Of a stretch of DNA of 36,199 nucleotides, positions 26,581 to 35,416 are shown piece by piece. The notes under the pieces are model-generated. The model saw only the letters and a program-made list of their open reading frames with translations. It was not told the origin of the DNA and made no database searches. The position numbers and the translations under genes are program-made. The DNA is from Myxococcota bacterium (GTDB lineage: Bacteria; Myxococcota; UBA4151), in contig JAYZBQ010000050.1 of the NCBI GenBank assembly GCA_036338695.1, positions 1-36,199 on the forward strand, given 5' to 3'. Within the stretch, counting starts at the first letter, position 1. Each line of letters begins with the position of its first letter.

Positions 26581-28464
26581 ATGAATCACAAGTTACTCCA
26601 TCTTGGTGCCCTGGCTACGCTGCTCCTGACCGCCGCTTGCGGTTCGGACGGTGTCGTGGACGGAAACCAAGCAGATCGCTGGCGCGCTGACGCACCCCGT
26701 AATCCTGCGGACGACACCACGCCCGTTACACCGGACGACACCGACCCGGAGCCGGGGAACAACACCCCCGATCCCCAACCGGCTGATCCGACGGGCGCCA
26801 CCCGAGACGACGCAATCGCCGTCGACGCGGACTCGGCGACGCCCGGTGAGTTAACCGAGCAAAAGGCGGCAGCCTGGTACCGTTTCGTTGCGGGCGACGC
26901 CTACCGCTACGCCGTCTACACAAGCGGCAGCGTCGACACCGAATGTGCGCTCTTTGACGGCGCTCGGACCCAGGCGATGGAAGAGGATGACGACAGCGGC
27001 GAAGGCCTGAACTGCCGCATCGAAGCTGAGCTCGTCGAAGGCCGTAGCTACCTGGTGCGTGTCACCAGCTTCCGCAACCGCGCACAGGGTGGCTTTCAGC
27101 TGCACATCGACGCGCTGGATGCCCCCGTGGTCGACCCTGAGATCGCAGCACGTCCGGGTGAAGTGCGAGCTGGCGACGTCCTGACCATCGGCGGCAGCGG
27201 CTTTAGCCCGAACGGCGCTGTCATGATCGAGATCAGCGGTATGGCGACGCTCGAGGTGGAGCCGACCACGGCAGACGCCGACGGCGTGGTGGCGGTCAAC
27301 GTGGACGTCCCCGTCGACCAAGCCACCGGACGCTACCAAGTCCGTGCGCTGGACCAAGAGTCCGACACCCCGAGCCGCTGGGTCAACTTCAGCGTCACGG
27401 AAGCCCCAGCTGACGATCACGGCAACGACGCTGAGAGCGCAACGGACGTGGGCAACGGCGGATCCTTTGGCGGGACCTTGACCCGTGGTGACAACGACAC
27501 CTTCAGCCTGCGCATCAACCGCAACGGCGAGTGGACTATCCACACCGAAGGCACCACCGACACGCACTGCACCTTGAGCGACGCAGACGGCAATGAGATC
27601 GCCTCGAACGACGACGGCGGTGAGGACACGAACTGCCGAATCGCTCAAGAACTCGAAGCCCCCGCGACCGTCCTCATCAACGTGCGTCACTTCCGCCCGA
27701 CCGGCGAAGGCGAGTACACCTTGGTGATTACGGCTCCGGACACCCCCGTGATCGCTGACCCGAACAACCCGGGCGGCAACCAAGACGGCGACGACCACGC
27801 AGACTCGATCGAAGGTGCGAGCCTGCTCCTCCCGATCGTCCCGAACAGCGGCGCCTTCGACAAAGAGAACGACCAAGACTGGTTCGCCTTCCTGGCGCCC
27901 GGTGATGGTATGTACATGTTCGCCACCATCGGCTTCGTCGACACGGTCTGCTCGCTCTACGACGCAGACGGTAATCGCCTGACCCGTGACGACAACAGCG
28001 GCCCGCTGCTCAACTGCCAGATCCAGCGAAGCCTCGAAGGCGGCCGGATCTACTACATCCAGGTCGTGCAGGGTCGACTCCGCATGGACGGCACCTACGC
28101 CCTGGTCGCAACGCCGCCTGAGCAAGCCGAAGACGACCACGGGAACGACGTCGCTGCGGCGAATTTCGTGAGCGATAACACCGAAGTCGCTGGCAACTTT
28201 GAAGAGGGCGGCGACGTCGATGTGGTCCGCTTCCGAGCGACCCGAAACGGTCCCTACCGACTCGAAACAACCGGCGCGCTCGACACGACCTGCCGCCTCC
28301 TCGACGCCGACGCCAACGAGCTGGCGAGCAATGACGACAGCGGCGACGCCATGAACTGTCGAATTGAGCACGACCTGGTGGCTGGGCAGGTCTACGCCTT
28401 CTCTGTCCGAGGCTATCGCGACACCGTCACAGGAACCTACCAGATGCGAATCGCTATTCCGTAA
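26581..28464 (+). CDS. Lipoprotein with four PPC-like (pre-peptidase C-terminal) beta-sandwich domains and one Ig-like domain
   Basis: GAGGAG RBS before ATG 26581, lipobox LTAAC, Pro/Asp/Thr linker, repeated DDH(G/A)...DTxCxL.D.....DD.G...NC(R/Q)I units, and GDVLTIGGSGF (IPT/TIG-like). Confidence 0.8.
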   Translation: MNHKLLHLGALATLLLTAACGSDGVVDGNQADRWRADAPRNPADDTTPVTPDDTDPEPGNNTPDPQPADPTGATRDDAIAVDADSATPGELTEQKAAAWYRFVAGDAYRYAVYTSGSVDTECALFDGARTQAMEEDDDSGEGLNCRIEAELVEGRSYLVRVTSFRNRAQGGFQLHIDALDAPVVDPEIAARPGEVRAGDVLTIGGSGFSPNGAVMIEISGMATLEVEPTTADADGVVAVNVDVPVDQATGRYQVRALDQESDTPSRWVNFSVTEAPADDHGNDAESATDVGNGGSFGGTLTRGDNDTFSLRINRNGEWTIHTEGTTDTHCTLSDADGNEIASNDDGGEDTNCRIAQELEAPATVLINVRHFRPTGEGEYTLVITAPDTPVIADPNNPGGNQDGDDHADSIEGASLLLPIVPNSGAFDKENDQDWFAFLAPGDGMYMFATIGFVDTVCSLYDADGNRLTRDDNSGPLLNCQIQRSLEGGRIYYIQVVQGRLRMDGTYALVATPPEQAEDDHGNDVAAANFVSDNTEVAGNFEEGGDVDVVRFRATRNGPYRLETTGALDTTCRLLDADANELASNDDSGDAMNCRIEHDLVAGQVYAFSVRGYRDTVTGTYQMRIAIP

Positions 28465-28483
28465 CGGAACCTGTTGCAGCAGG

Positions 28484-28523
28484 AAGGCGGAGAGATCGCG
28501 CTAAGCGATCTCTCCGTCTTTTT
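28484..28523 (+). terminator. Rho-independent terminator
   Basis: Perfect 12-bp stem CGGAGAGATCGC/GCGATCTCTCCG (28488-28516), 5-nt loop, then TCTTTTT; about 20 nt after the stop at 28464. Confidence 0.85.
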
Positions 28524-29193
28524 GGGGTTTCTCTTGAAACCACCCCGCCCCAGAACCGACGCACCAACGTACTGTGAGCGCCGCCTCCCGAGCGGCTACG
28601 GCGGCGCTGACCCAATGCCCGGTGCTCGTCAACTCGGACTTAAAGCGCCACGGGACGAGCTCGCCTCCACGCCGTCCTGTGATCGCTGACCCGAGTTCAA
28701 AACTCACCTCCGTCATGGGCACTGAGAGCCCCTCTCCCGTGCCTTTGAGGTACGCCTCTTTGAGCGTCCACAGGCGCAACAAATCATGCGCCGAGCCGCT
28801 CCAAGCCTGGCGCTCAGCTGCGCTCAAGACGCGACGAGCCAGACGCTCCGGCTTCACGCGCCGGTCGCTGCGCTCCACGTCGACACCGCAGCGCATCGGC
28901 GACACCAACACAGCAACTAAACCCTCGGTGTGCGCGACCGAGCACGAGAGCGCGTCATCATGCGCCACGCGCAATCGCCCCTTGGGCTCGGTCTCCAACC
29001 GCACCGCCGCCGGCTCCATACCGAGCCGGCCACCAAGCGCCCAGCGCAGCAGCGAGCGCCCTTGAACAAACTGAGCAGCCGCCCGGGCATCCCGGTAGGC
29101 TTCGGTGCGCGCACGTTCCGCCTCGTTCAGAGTAGCCGTCAGGCGGACATCCGGCGCTTCGCTGACCAGATACAGCGTGCTCAAGGCGTCCAC
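28501..29193 (-). CDS. Sfp-type 4'-phosphopantetheinyl transferase
   Basis: GRSLLR, SVAHT, CGVDVE and LWTLKEAYLKGTGEGL motifs. Confidence 0.9.
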   Translation of the reverse strand: MDALSTLYLVSEAPDVRLTATLNEAERARTEAYRDARAAAQFVQGRSLLRWALGGRLGMEPAAVRLETEPKGRLRVAHDDALSCSVAHTEGLVAVLVSPMRCGVDVERSDRRVKPERLARRVLSAAERQAWSGSAHDLLRLWTLKEAYLKGTGEGLSVPMTEVSFELGSAITGRRGGELVPWRFKSELTSTGHWVSAAVAAREAALTVRWCVGSGAGWFQEKPQKDGEIA

Positions 29194-29271
29194 AACGTCT
29201 CAGGGAGCCGCGTCAGCACCTTGATTGCAGCAGGTGATCGATGCTCGCGGGGCAAGGCGACTGGAGCGACG

Positions 29272-30576
29272 TCAGCTTCGCCGAAGACGGCGGCGGCGGC
29301 GCAAACCCAGCAGCGTCGGGAGCAGCAAGAGCTCGGCGGCACCGCTGGCGCAGCCAAAGGGTGACGGCACCGCCACCGGCGGCCGCGTACCCTCTTCGCC
29401 GCCAAAGCGGCTCAGCCCTTCAGCGCAGCGGCCGCTGTCGTCGCAGCCATAGCCCTCCGGGCACTCGCTGTGGGCTTCGCAATATTGCACGCAGGTTTGG
29501 TCAGCGCAGGCTTCGGACGCACACTCGATGTCCGTATCACAGGCAGCACCGATCGGCTGCGGGATCTTCATGCACCAGTTGTTGTGACAGTCGTAGGTCA
29601 ACGGGCAGTGATCGTCGTCGTCGCAGCGGCGAGTGCAATACCCGTCGATGCAGCGCCCATAACCGCACTCGTTGTCCTCTTCGCAGTAGCCACCTACTGG
29701 CGCATTGTACTCCGGCTCAGTCGGCCAGCCGTCTGCCCAGAGCGGAACCTCATAATCCTCTTCACGCGTGAACCGGATGGTGTGCTCGGTGATCCAATCA
29801 CCCCACCCGGCGACCGACGAATAGATCGAGCTGCTGCACATCTGCCCGCCACGGGACGCCACACCGATCACCCGCCCTTGCTGATCGATCGCCGGACCGC
29901 CGGAGTCACCACGGCAGACCCCGCCGCCGCCACCCCATTCTCGATCGAGGGCAGCATAACGCGGACACTGCCCCTCTGAGCAGGTGACGCTGATGTCATA
30001 ACGAATCCGGCGCTGACCGGAGCCGCTGCCCCGGTCATCCGTGCCGCCGTAACCGATGATGGTGAACACCTCGTTGGTGCGTACGCCTCGGTCGACCCGA
30101 GGAACCAACAGCGGCATCTCCTCCGGGCGAATCCGTCGATCGAGCTTGAGCAGCGCGATGTCGGTGTTGCAGAGCAAGGGGTCGGTCGGGGTCACGATCT
30201 CTTCGACGCCGACGTAGTCTCGTGGGCTCTGGGTCAACGCGGGCTCCAGCGTGACATAGACTTGGTTGGGGCTGTATGCCGAGCCCGCCGTGGTCGACCG
30301 GCAGCGCACGCCTCGGTCGGCGTTGTTCAATCGAGCGATGCAGTGGCGCGCCGTCAGCACGACGTTCTCTGCGATCAACGACCCCGTGCAAGCGCCGCTG
30401 CCGCCACCTGTCAACATCGCCAGCCCTACAACGCCGCGCCGGACGCGATCGTTGGAGCCGTTTCGAATCTGAGCGATCTCTTCCGGTGAAGCCAGGGTCA
30501 TCAGCGCATCCGTTGCTTGCTCATCGCCGCAACCGAGCACCACAATCGTCGTCAAAAGAATACAGATCGCACGCAC
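29272..30576 (-). CDS. S1 (chymotrypsin-fold) serine protease lipoprotein with Cys-rich repeats and a MYXO-CTERM-like tail
   Basis: Lipobox VVLGC, mature-type start IRNG, triad VLTARHC / DIALL / GDSGGP, C-terminus GCASG-hydrophobic-RRRRR; AAGGAG upstream of GTG 30576. Confidence 0.9.
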   Translation of the reverse strand: MRAICILLTTIVVLGCGDEQATDALMTLASPEEIAQIRNGSNDRVRRGVVGLAMLTGGGSGACTGSLIAENVVLTARHCIARLNNADRGVRCRSTTAGSAYSPNQVYVTLEPALTQSPRDYVGVEEIVTPTDPLLCNTDIALLKLDRRIRPEEMPLLVPRVDRGVRTNEVFTIIGYGGTDDRGSGSGQRRIRYDISVTCSEGQCPRYAALDREWGGGGGVCRGDSGGPAIDQQGRVIGVASRGGQMCSSSIYSSVAGWGDWITEHTIRFTREEDYEVPLWADGWPTEPEYNAPVGGYCEEDNECGYGRCIDGYCTRRCDDDDHCPLTYDCHNNWCMKIPQPIGAACDTDIECASEACADQTCVQYCEAHSECPEGYGCDDSGRCAEGLSRFGGEEGTRPPVAVPSPFGCASGAAELLLLPTLLGLRRRRRLRRS

Positions 30577-30695
30577 GAGTTATCTCCTTCGACGCTCCTA
30601 GCCTAACCTCCTATAGCACGCTTGCACGCATCGGTCGAAACGCGGATGCGAAACCACGCAAATCCACCTCCCGCAGGCGGTGATCTTGAGCGTTC

Positions 30696-31793
30696 TCAGG
30701 CGTTTGCTTGCTGGAGCAGATAGGCCTCGATGAAGCCGTCGAGGTCGCCGTCGAGCACCGATTGCGGCTGACCGACCTCATGCCCGGTCCGCAGATCCTT
30801 CACCATCTGGTAGGGCTGGAGCACGTAGCTGCGGATCTGCGAACCAAAGTTAATCTCACCCTTGTCTCCGGCGATGGCGTCCGCCTGTGCGCGCTGCTTC
30901 TCTTCTTCAAGGGCGTAAAGCTTGGCGGCGAGCATCTTCATCGCCGTCGCTCGGTTTTTGTGTTGGCTGCGCTCCTGCTGACACGCCACCACCACACCGG
31001 TCGGGATATGGGTCAGCCGAACGGCGGAGTCGGTCTTGTTGACGTGCTGCCCACCGGCGCCGCTCGAGCGGTACGTATCCACGCGCAGGTCGGCGTCGTT
31101 GATCTCCACGTCGATCGAGTCGTCGATCTGCGGCGTCACGGAGCTCGCAGCGAACGAGGTGTGGCGCCGCGCGTTGGAGTCAAAGGGGCTGATCCGAACC
31201 AGACGATGAACCCCCGTCTCCGCCTTGAGGTGCCCATAGGCGTACTCGCCGTCGATCTGCAGCGTGGCGCTTTGGACGCCGGCCTCTTCGCCCTCTTGAA
31301 ACTCGAGCACCGAACAGCGCCACCCCTTTCGCTCGGTGTAGCGCGTGACCATACGGTACAGCATCCCCGCCCAGTCCATGGATTCGGTCCCGCCGGCGCC
31401 AGGCTTGATCTGAACATAAGCCGACGCGCCATCGTGCTCACCGGACAACATCCGCTTGAACTCGAGCCCCGAGATGGTGCGGTCGAGCATCGCAAACTCG
31501 TCATCGATGGCGGCGAGGTCCTCGTCGGCGCTCTCCTCCTCGGCCATCTCAAGGAGCTCGAGCAGGTCGCTGAGGCCACCCGTCAAGCCATCGAGGTTCT
31601 GGATTTCATCGGCCACTTGGGTGCGCTCTTGATTGACCTTGGCGGCTGCTTGCGGATCGTCCCAGAAGCCGGGCTCTGAGATCTGTGCGTCCAGCACCAT
31701 CAGCCGCTCGCGCTTCCAGGGCAGGTCAGCAGCCGCAACCAGCGCTTCCAGCCGTTGCCCTAGAGCCTGTCCCCGATCGCTGCGCTCGCTCAT
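30696..31793 (-). CDS. prfB: Peptide chain release factor 2
   Basis: SPF tripeptide (VRISPFDS), GAGGQHVN, FWDD and QIRSYVLQPYQMVKD; a single uninterrupted ORF. Confidence 0.97.
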   Translation of the reverse strand: MSERSDRGQALGQRLEALVAAADLPWKRERLMVLDAQISEPGFWDDPQAAAKVNQERTQVADEIQNLDGLTGGLSDLLELLEMAEEESADEDLAAIDDEFAMLDRTISGLEFKRMLSGEHDGASAYVQIKPGAGGTESMDWAGMLYRMVTRYTERKGWRCSVLEFQEGEEAGVQSATLQIDGEYAYGHLKAETGVHRLVRISPFDSNARRHTSFAASSVTPQIDDSIDVEINDADLRVDTYRSSGAGGQHVNKTDSAVRLTHIPTGVVVACQQERSQHKNRATAMKMLAAKLYALEEEKQRAQADAIAGDKGEINFGSQIRSYVLQPYQMVKDLRTGHEVGQPQSVLDGDLDGFIEAYLLQQANA

Positions 31794-33490
31794 GCCGTCT
31801 CTCCCGCGTCGACCTTCTCGTCATTACGGCGGCGACGCAAGGCAGCAAAAACAAGCAAGGCTGGTGCCAGCCACAGGATCACCAGCCCGGGCACGCCACG
31901 CGTCACGACCCAGGGCGTCTCGATCACGGCGACGGGGACCTGCGCCACGAACGCGCGCTCGGTGTCGAGCTCGGTCAGGTCGTGCTCGCGCCCTGCCGGG
32001 TCAAACCACCCTGAGATGCCGCTGTTGGCTGAGCGCACCACGCTCAACCCCGTCTCGACAGCTCGAAACCTGTAGAACGCGAGGTGCTGCCAAGGGCCGG
32101 AGGTGCGACCATACCAGGTGTCATTGGTCGGGTTGACCAAGAGGTTGGCGCCGCTGAGCCGCAAGCGCAGCGGGATCTCTGGGAACACGCCCTCGTAGCA
32201 GATCAACCCGCCGATGGTCGCGACCGGCGTCTTCACCGGCGCCACCTGCTCGGCCGGGCGCATCCGACCCGCCACCGGGACCAGCTGCCGAATACCAAGT
32301 AAGCCGAGGATCCCCTCCCCCGGGACATACTCACCAAAGGGCACGAGGTTGTGTTTATCGGATCGCCCGAGCAGCTGCATGTTGTGGTCGAGCGCAAGCA
32401 ACGAGTTGTGCAGGTTGTAGCCGAGACAGCGCTGCTGGCGACAGCGCGCACCGAGCGCGCAGTCTGCGTCGCTCGAGCACGCGTTCTCCTCAGTCATCCA
32501 ATACACCGACGCGCCGATCAACGAGACAGGTGGTGCAGGCGCCTTCGCCGAATAACCAAGGTCTCGAGCGGTCAGGTTCGGCTCATCGCGCTTGACGAGG
32601 CTTGGGTAGGTCACCTCAGACCATAAAATGACGTCCGGATTTTGACGCGCCAGCTGGTCGGTCAAACGACGCTGAATCTTGAGCATGTAGGCTTGTCGGT
32701 TGCCCACTTGGTTCTTGATATCTTGGCTCAGATTGCCCTGAACGATCCCCACCGAGAGGCGCTTTGCCTGCTGGACTTCACGCTCCACACGATGCGTCCA
32801 CGCAACACCCCAAACGAGCGCCGGGACGACCAAGGCCGCAACGCCCAGCGTGGCTCGGCGCTTCGAGGACGCCTCCAGCCACGACAAGATCGCCGCATTG
32901 ACCGCGAACAGCCACAACCCGATCCCGTCGATCCCGGCGATCGCTGCGAGCTGGCGCGTGAGCGGATGCTCCACCTGAGTCGCCGACAGGTGCGCCCATG
33001 GAAAACCGCTCAGCGGGTAGCCGTAGATCCACGCGCCACGAATAAAGTCCGTGCTCAACCAAAAGAAAGGTAAGACCCAGCGCATCGACCAACCGAGCCG
33101 ACTCGCCGTCCAGCGAGCCGCGATGAAACCGACCGCCACATAAGCGCCGGTGATCAGCGCAATCGCTACGATCGCCAGCACGGCGACGATATGAGGCAAG
33201 CCACCGAACCGGCTGATCGGTACGTCCAGCCAGTACACGCTCACCGCCAGCTGCAGCCCAAAGCTCAAGTAGGCGACGGCGATAAGGTCGCGCTTGCGCT
33301 CGACGGAATCGATCGTGCGCAGCAGCGGGATCAGCGCCACCCAGGCGACCGTGGCGCCCAGCAGCGGTAGATGAGGAGGTCCTCCTGAGCCGGGCACCAC
33401 GAAGGGGTGACAGAACGCCAGCACGATCCCCGTCAGCGCCGCCGCCTTGTACGGATGCGCGTCGCACCATTTGAGCGCGTCGCCGATCAC
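31790..33490 (-). CDS. lnt: Apolipoprotein N-acyltransferase
   Basis: Multi-TM N-terminus with GFPW, VQGN, triad ILWSE / DKHNLVPFGEY / ICYE, NDTWYG, QH and RSANSGIS. Confidence 0.95.
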   Translation of the reverse strand: MIGDALKWCDAHPYKAAALTGIVLAFCHPFVVPGSGGPPHLPLLGATVAWVALIPLLRTIDSVERKRDLIAVAYLSFGLQLAVSVYWLDVPISRFGGLPHIVAVLAIVAIALITGAYVAVGFIAARWTASRLGWSMRWVLPFFWLSTDFIRGAWIYGYPLSGFPWAHLSATQVEHPLTRQLAAIAGIDGIGLWLFAVNAAILSWLEASSKRRATLGVAALVVPALVWGVAWTHRVEREVQQAKRLSVGIVQGNLSQDIKNQVGNRQAYMLKIQRRLTDQLARQNPDVILWSEVTYPSLVKRDEPNLTARDLGYSAKAPAPPVSLIGASVYWMTEENACSSDADCALGARCRQQRCLGYNLHNSLLALDHNMQLLGRSDKHNLVPFGEYVPGEGILGLLGIRQLVPVAGRMRPAEQVAPVKTPVATIGGLICYEGVFPEIPLRLRLSGANLLVNPTNDTWYGRTSGPWQHLAFYRFRAVETGLSVVRSANSGISGWFDPAGREHDLTELDTERAFVAQVPVAVIETPWVVTRGVPGLVILWLAPALLVFAALRRRRNDEKVDAGETA

Positions 33491-35367
33491 TTGAGGAACT
33501 CCAAGAGCTCTTGGCTTGGGGGCGCTGCGGGCAGCTTCTTGGCGCTCAATGACGGCTGAGCCTCGTCTTGACGCACAAACAAGACCGCCAAACGCTCGGA
33601 GAACGCTAGCCGGTACGTGTCGCCATCGATCAAGCGCCGAATCAGTCGCTTGTAACTCGACGGGCGTACGTTCCCTCGGTTCGGCTTCCAGTCATCTTGC
33701 CCCAGGCTCATCGCGATCACGTCCGAGTCGGGCTGAGCCTTGATGAAACGCGCCTCCTTACGGTCAGACAAGTGGGCGAGCACGTGATTGGTCGCCTCGA
33801 CGCTGACCCCTTCCGGGACACGCTGGACCATCGCTCGCGCCGAGGCTGCCTCGGGCGCGCTCAAGAAGTAATCATGGCTCCAGACCATAAAGTTGCTGTG
33901 GTGGCGATAGCCATAGGCGTTGACCAGGATGCACAGAGACAGCGCGCTCAGGGCGAGCACGACAGGGCGATCTAGGCGGGCTCGCCAGCGCATCGGGTGC
34001 TCCAAAAATCGAGGCAACGCGTCGACCGCTGCGACCGCGAGGAACAACGTCAGCGGGGCTGCGTAGTGGTAGCCCATCTCCCACATCTGCTGCTTCGAGC
34101 TCAAGAATCGCTCGACCAGCGTCGGGACCGCGAGCACTAAGTAGCGGGGCCGCCAAACCGCCAGAACACCTGCGCCCACCCAGGAGGTCAAGAGCGCCAT
34201 GCGCTTCTCGATAGGCGAGAGGCCGAGCATGAGCGTCCTCAAGGGGTTCTTGCCCATGCCGAGCACAGCCTCCGGCAGGCTTTTACCGAAAGCCTCGTAG
34301 TTGGCGGCGTGGATCATCCCTTGCGGCCCACCTGCGAGCAAGGCGGGCTGCAGCCAGCCCACGGTCACCAATAGGCCGGCGACACCGGCGACCCCAATGG
34401 CGAGCCCAAGCCGTCTCGCCTCGGCATCAAACAGCACCATGTAGCCACCAAATGCAGCGACATACAGCGGCATCGACTCCTTGCAGAACCAGACGAGAAG
34501 CAGCCACGGGAGCATCGCCTTGTAGCGTCTCTGATCGAGGCGATCGATCGCCTCCATCAGCGGCCAAAGCGCCAGCGTCTGCGCATGAAAGTCAAAATAC
34601 ACGGCGCTCTGAAACCCAAAGCTAAAGAGCAACGCAAAGACCAGCGCGAAGCGCAGCGTCGCGCTCTCGGTGCGGCGCGCCACAAACCGATGAAAAGGGA
34701 AGGCGACCGCGCCGACCGCCAGCGCTTGCACCACCAACAGCCCGGCGGCGCCGAGCCCGAGCCAGTGCACGGGCGAGAGCAAAAAGATCACCGGATAAAA
34801 GTGGTCACCGAGGACGTGCACGCCCCGGTCATGGAGCAGGGTGCTCTGCAGCGGCTCAAGCTGGCTCGCAAGCCAGCTTGAGTGCGAGAAGCACCCCAAG
34901 TCCCAGGCTCCGCTGCCAAAGCGACGATGGCGATGCAGCACGCTGGCTGAGGCGACCAGCACAAAGAGGCTAAAGACCCACCATGAGCTCTGCTCAGTCG
35001 CCCCAAGCCCACACTCGAAACGCTCGCAGGCAGGCTCGAGCGCCACGGCGCCAAGATAGCCCAAGGCGACGATCGTAGCGAAGCGACCCTCCGGCGCAAC
35101 CAAGGCGAGCAAAACCGCCGCAGCCAGCCACGGCAAGACGCCGGTGAAGCGCTCAGCCAGGCGCGTGCGGACCCACCACACCGCAGGCGCCGCCGCCAAC
35201 CAAAACCAGGTGGCGTAGCCTAAGATGGTGTCCCCGCTCTGTGCGAGCCGGGTGCTGTCCCACGACAGGCTGCGAGCGTAGACGGTCAGCAGCGCACACA
35301 ACGCCACCAGCGCCGATCCAACGACGACCTCAAGCGCAGCGCGTAAGTTGTCGGAGCGTGCGTCCAT
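33487..35367 (-). CDS. DUF2079-like polytopic membrane protein (predicted GT-C glycosyltransferase)
   Basis: AWDLGCF, LGDHFYP, LLVVQAL, YFDFH, CKE and YHYAAP pattern with many TM helices; family recognised by eye. Confidence 0.72.
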   Translation of the reverse strand: MDARSDNLRAALEVVVGSALVALCALLTVYARSLSWDSTRLAQSGDTILGYATWFWLAAAPAVWWVRTRLAERFTGVLPWLAAAVLLALVAPEGRFATIVALGYLGAVALEPACERFECGLGATEQSSWWVFSLFVLVASASVLHRHRRFGSGAWDLGCFSHSSWLASQLEPLQSTLLHDRGVHVLGDHFYPVIFLLSPVHWLGLGAAGLLVVQALAVGAVAFPFHRFVARRTESATLRFALVFALLFSFGFQSAVYFDFHAQTLALWPLMEAIDRLDQRRYKAMLPWLLLVWFCKESMPLYVAAFGGYMVLFDAEARRLGLAIGVAGVAGLLVTVGWLQPALLAGGPQGMIHAANYEAFGKSLPEAVLGMGKNPLRTLMLGLSPIEKRMALLTSWVGAGVLAVWRPRYLVLAVPTLVERFLSSKQQMWEMGYHYAAPLTLFLAVAAVDALPRFLEHPMRWRARLDRPVVLALSALSLCILVNAYGYRHHSNFMVWSHDYFLSAPEAASARAMVQRVPEGVSVEATNHVLAHLSDRKEARFIKAQPDSDVIAMSLGQDDWKPNRGNVRPSSYKRLIRRLIDGDTYRLAFSERLAVLFVRQDEAQPSLSAKKLPAAPPSQELLEFLK

Positions 35368-35416
35368 GACGCCAGCCTAATGAACCTAGGGTTCAACGCC
35401 AGCTTTTCTTTACGCT

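Noticed and set aside
26851..28371. 506-aa minus-strand ORF
   Set aside because: Val/Ala-rich mirror frame of the PPC-repeat lipoprotein.
24097..30576. Genomic island or mobile element between lysS and prfB
   Set aside because: No integrase, transposase, tRNA or terminal repeats, and no evident compositional shift; treated as ordinary gene-order change.
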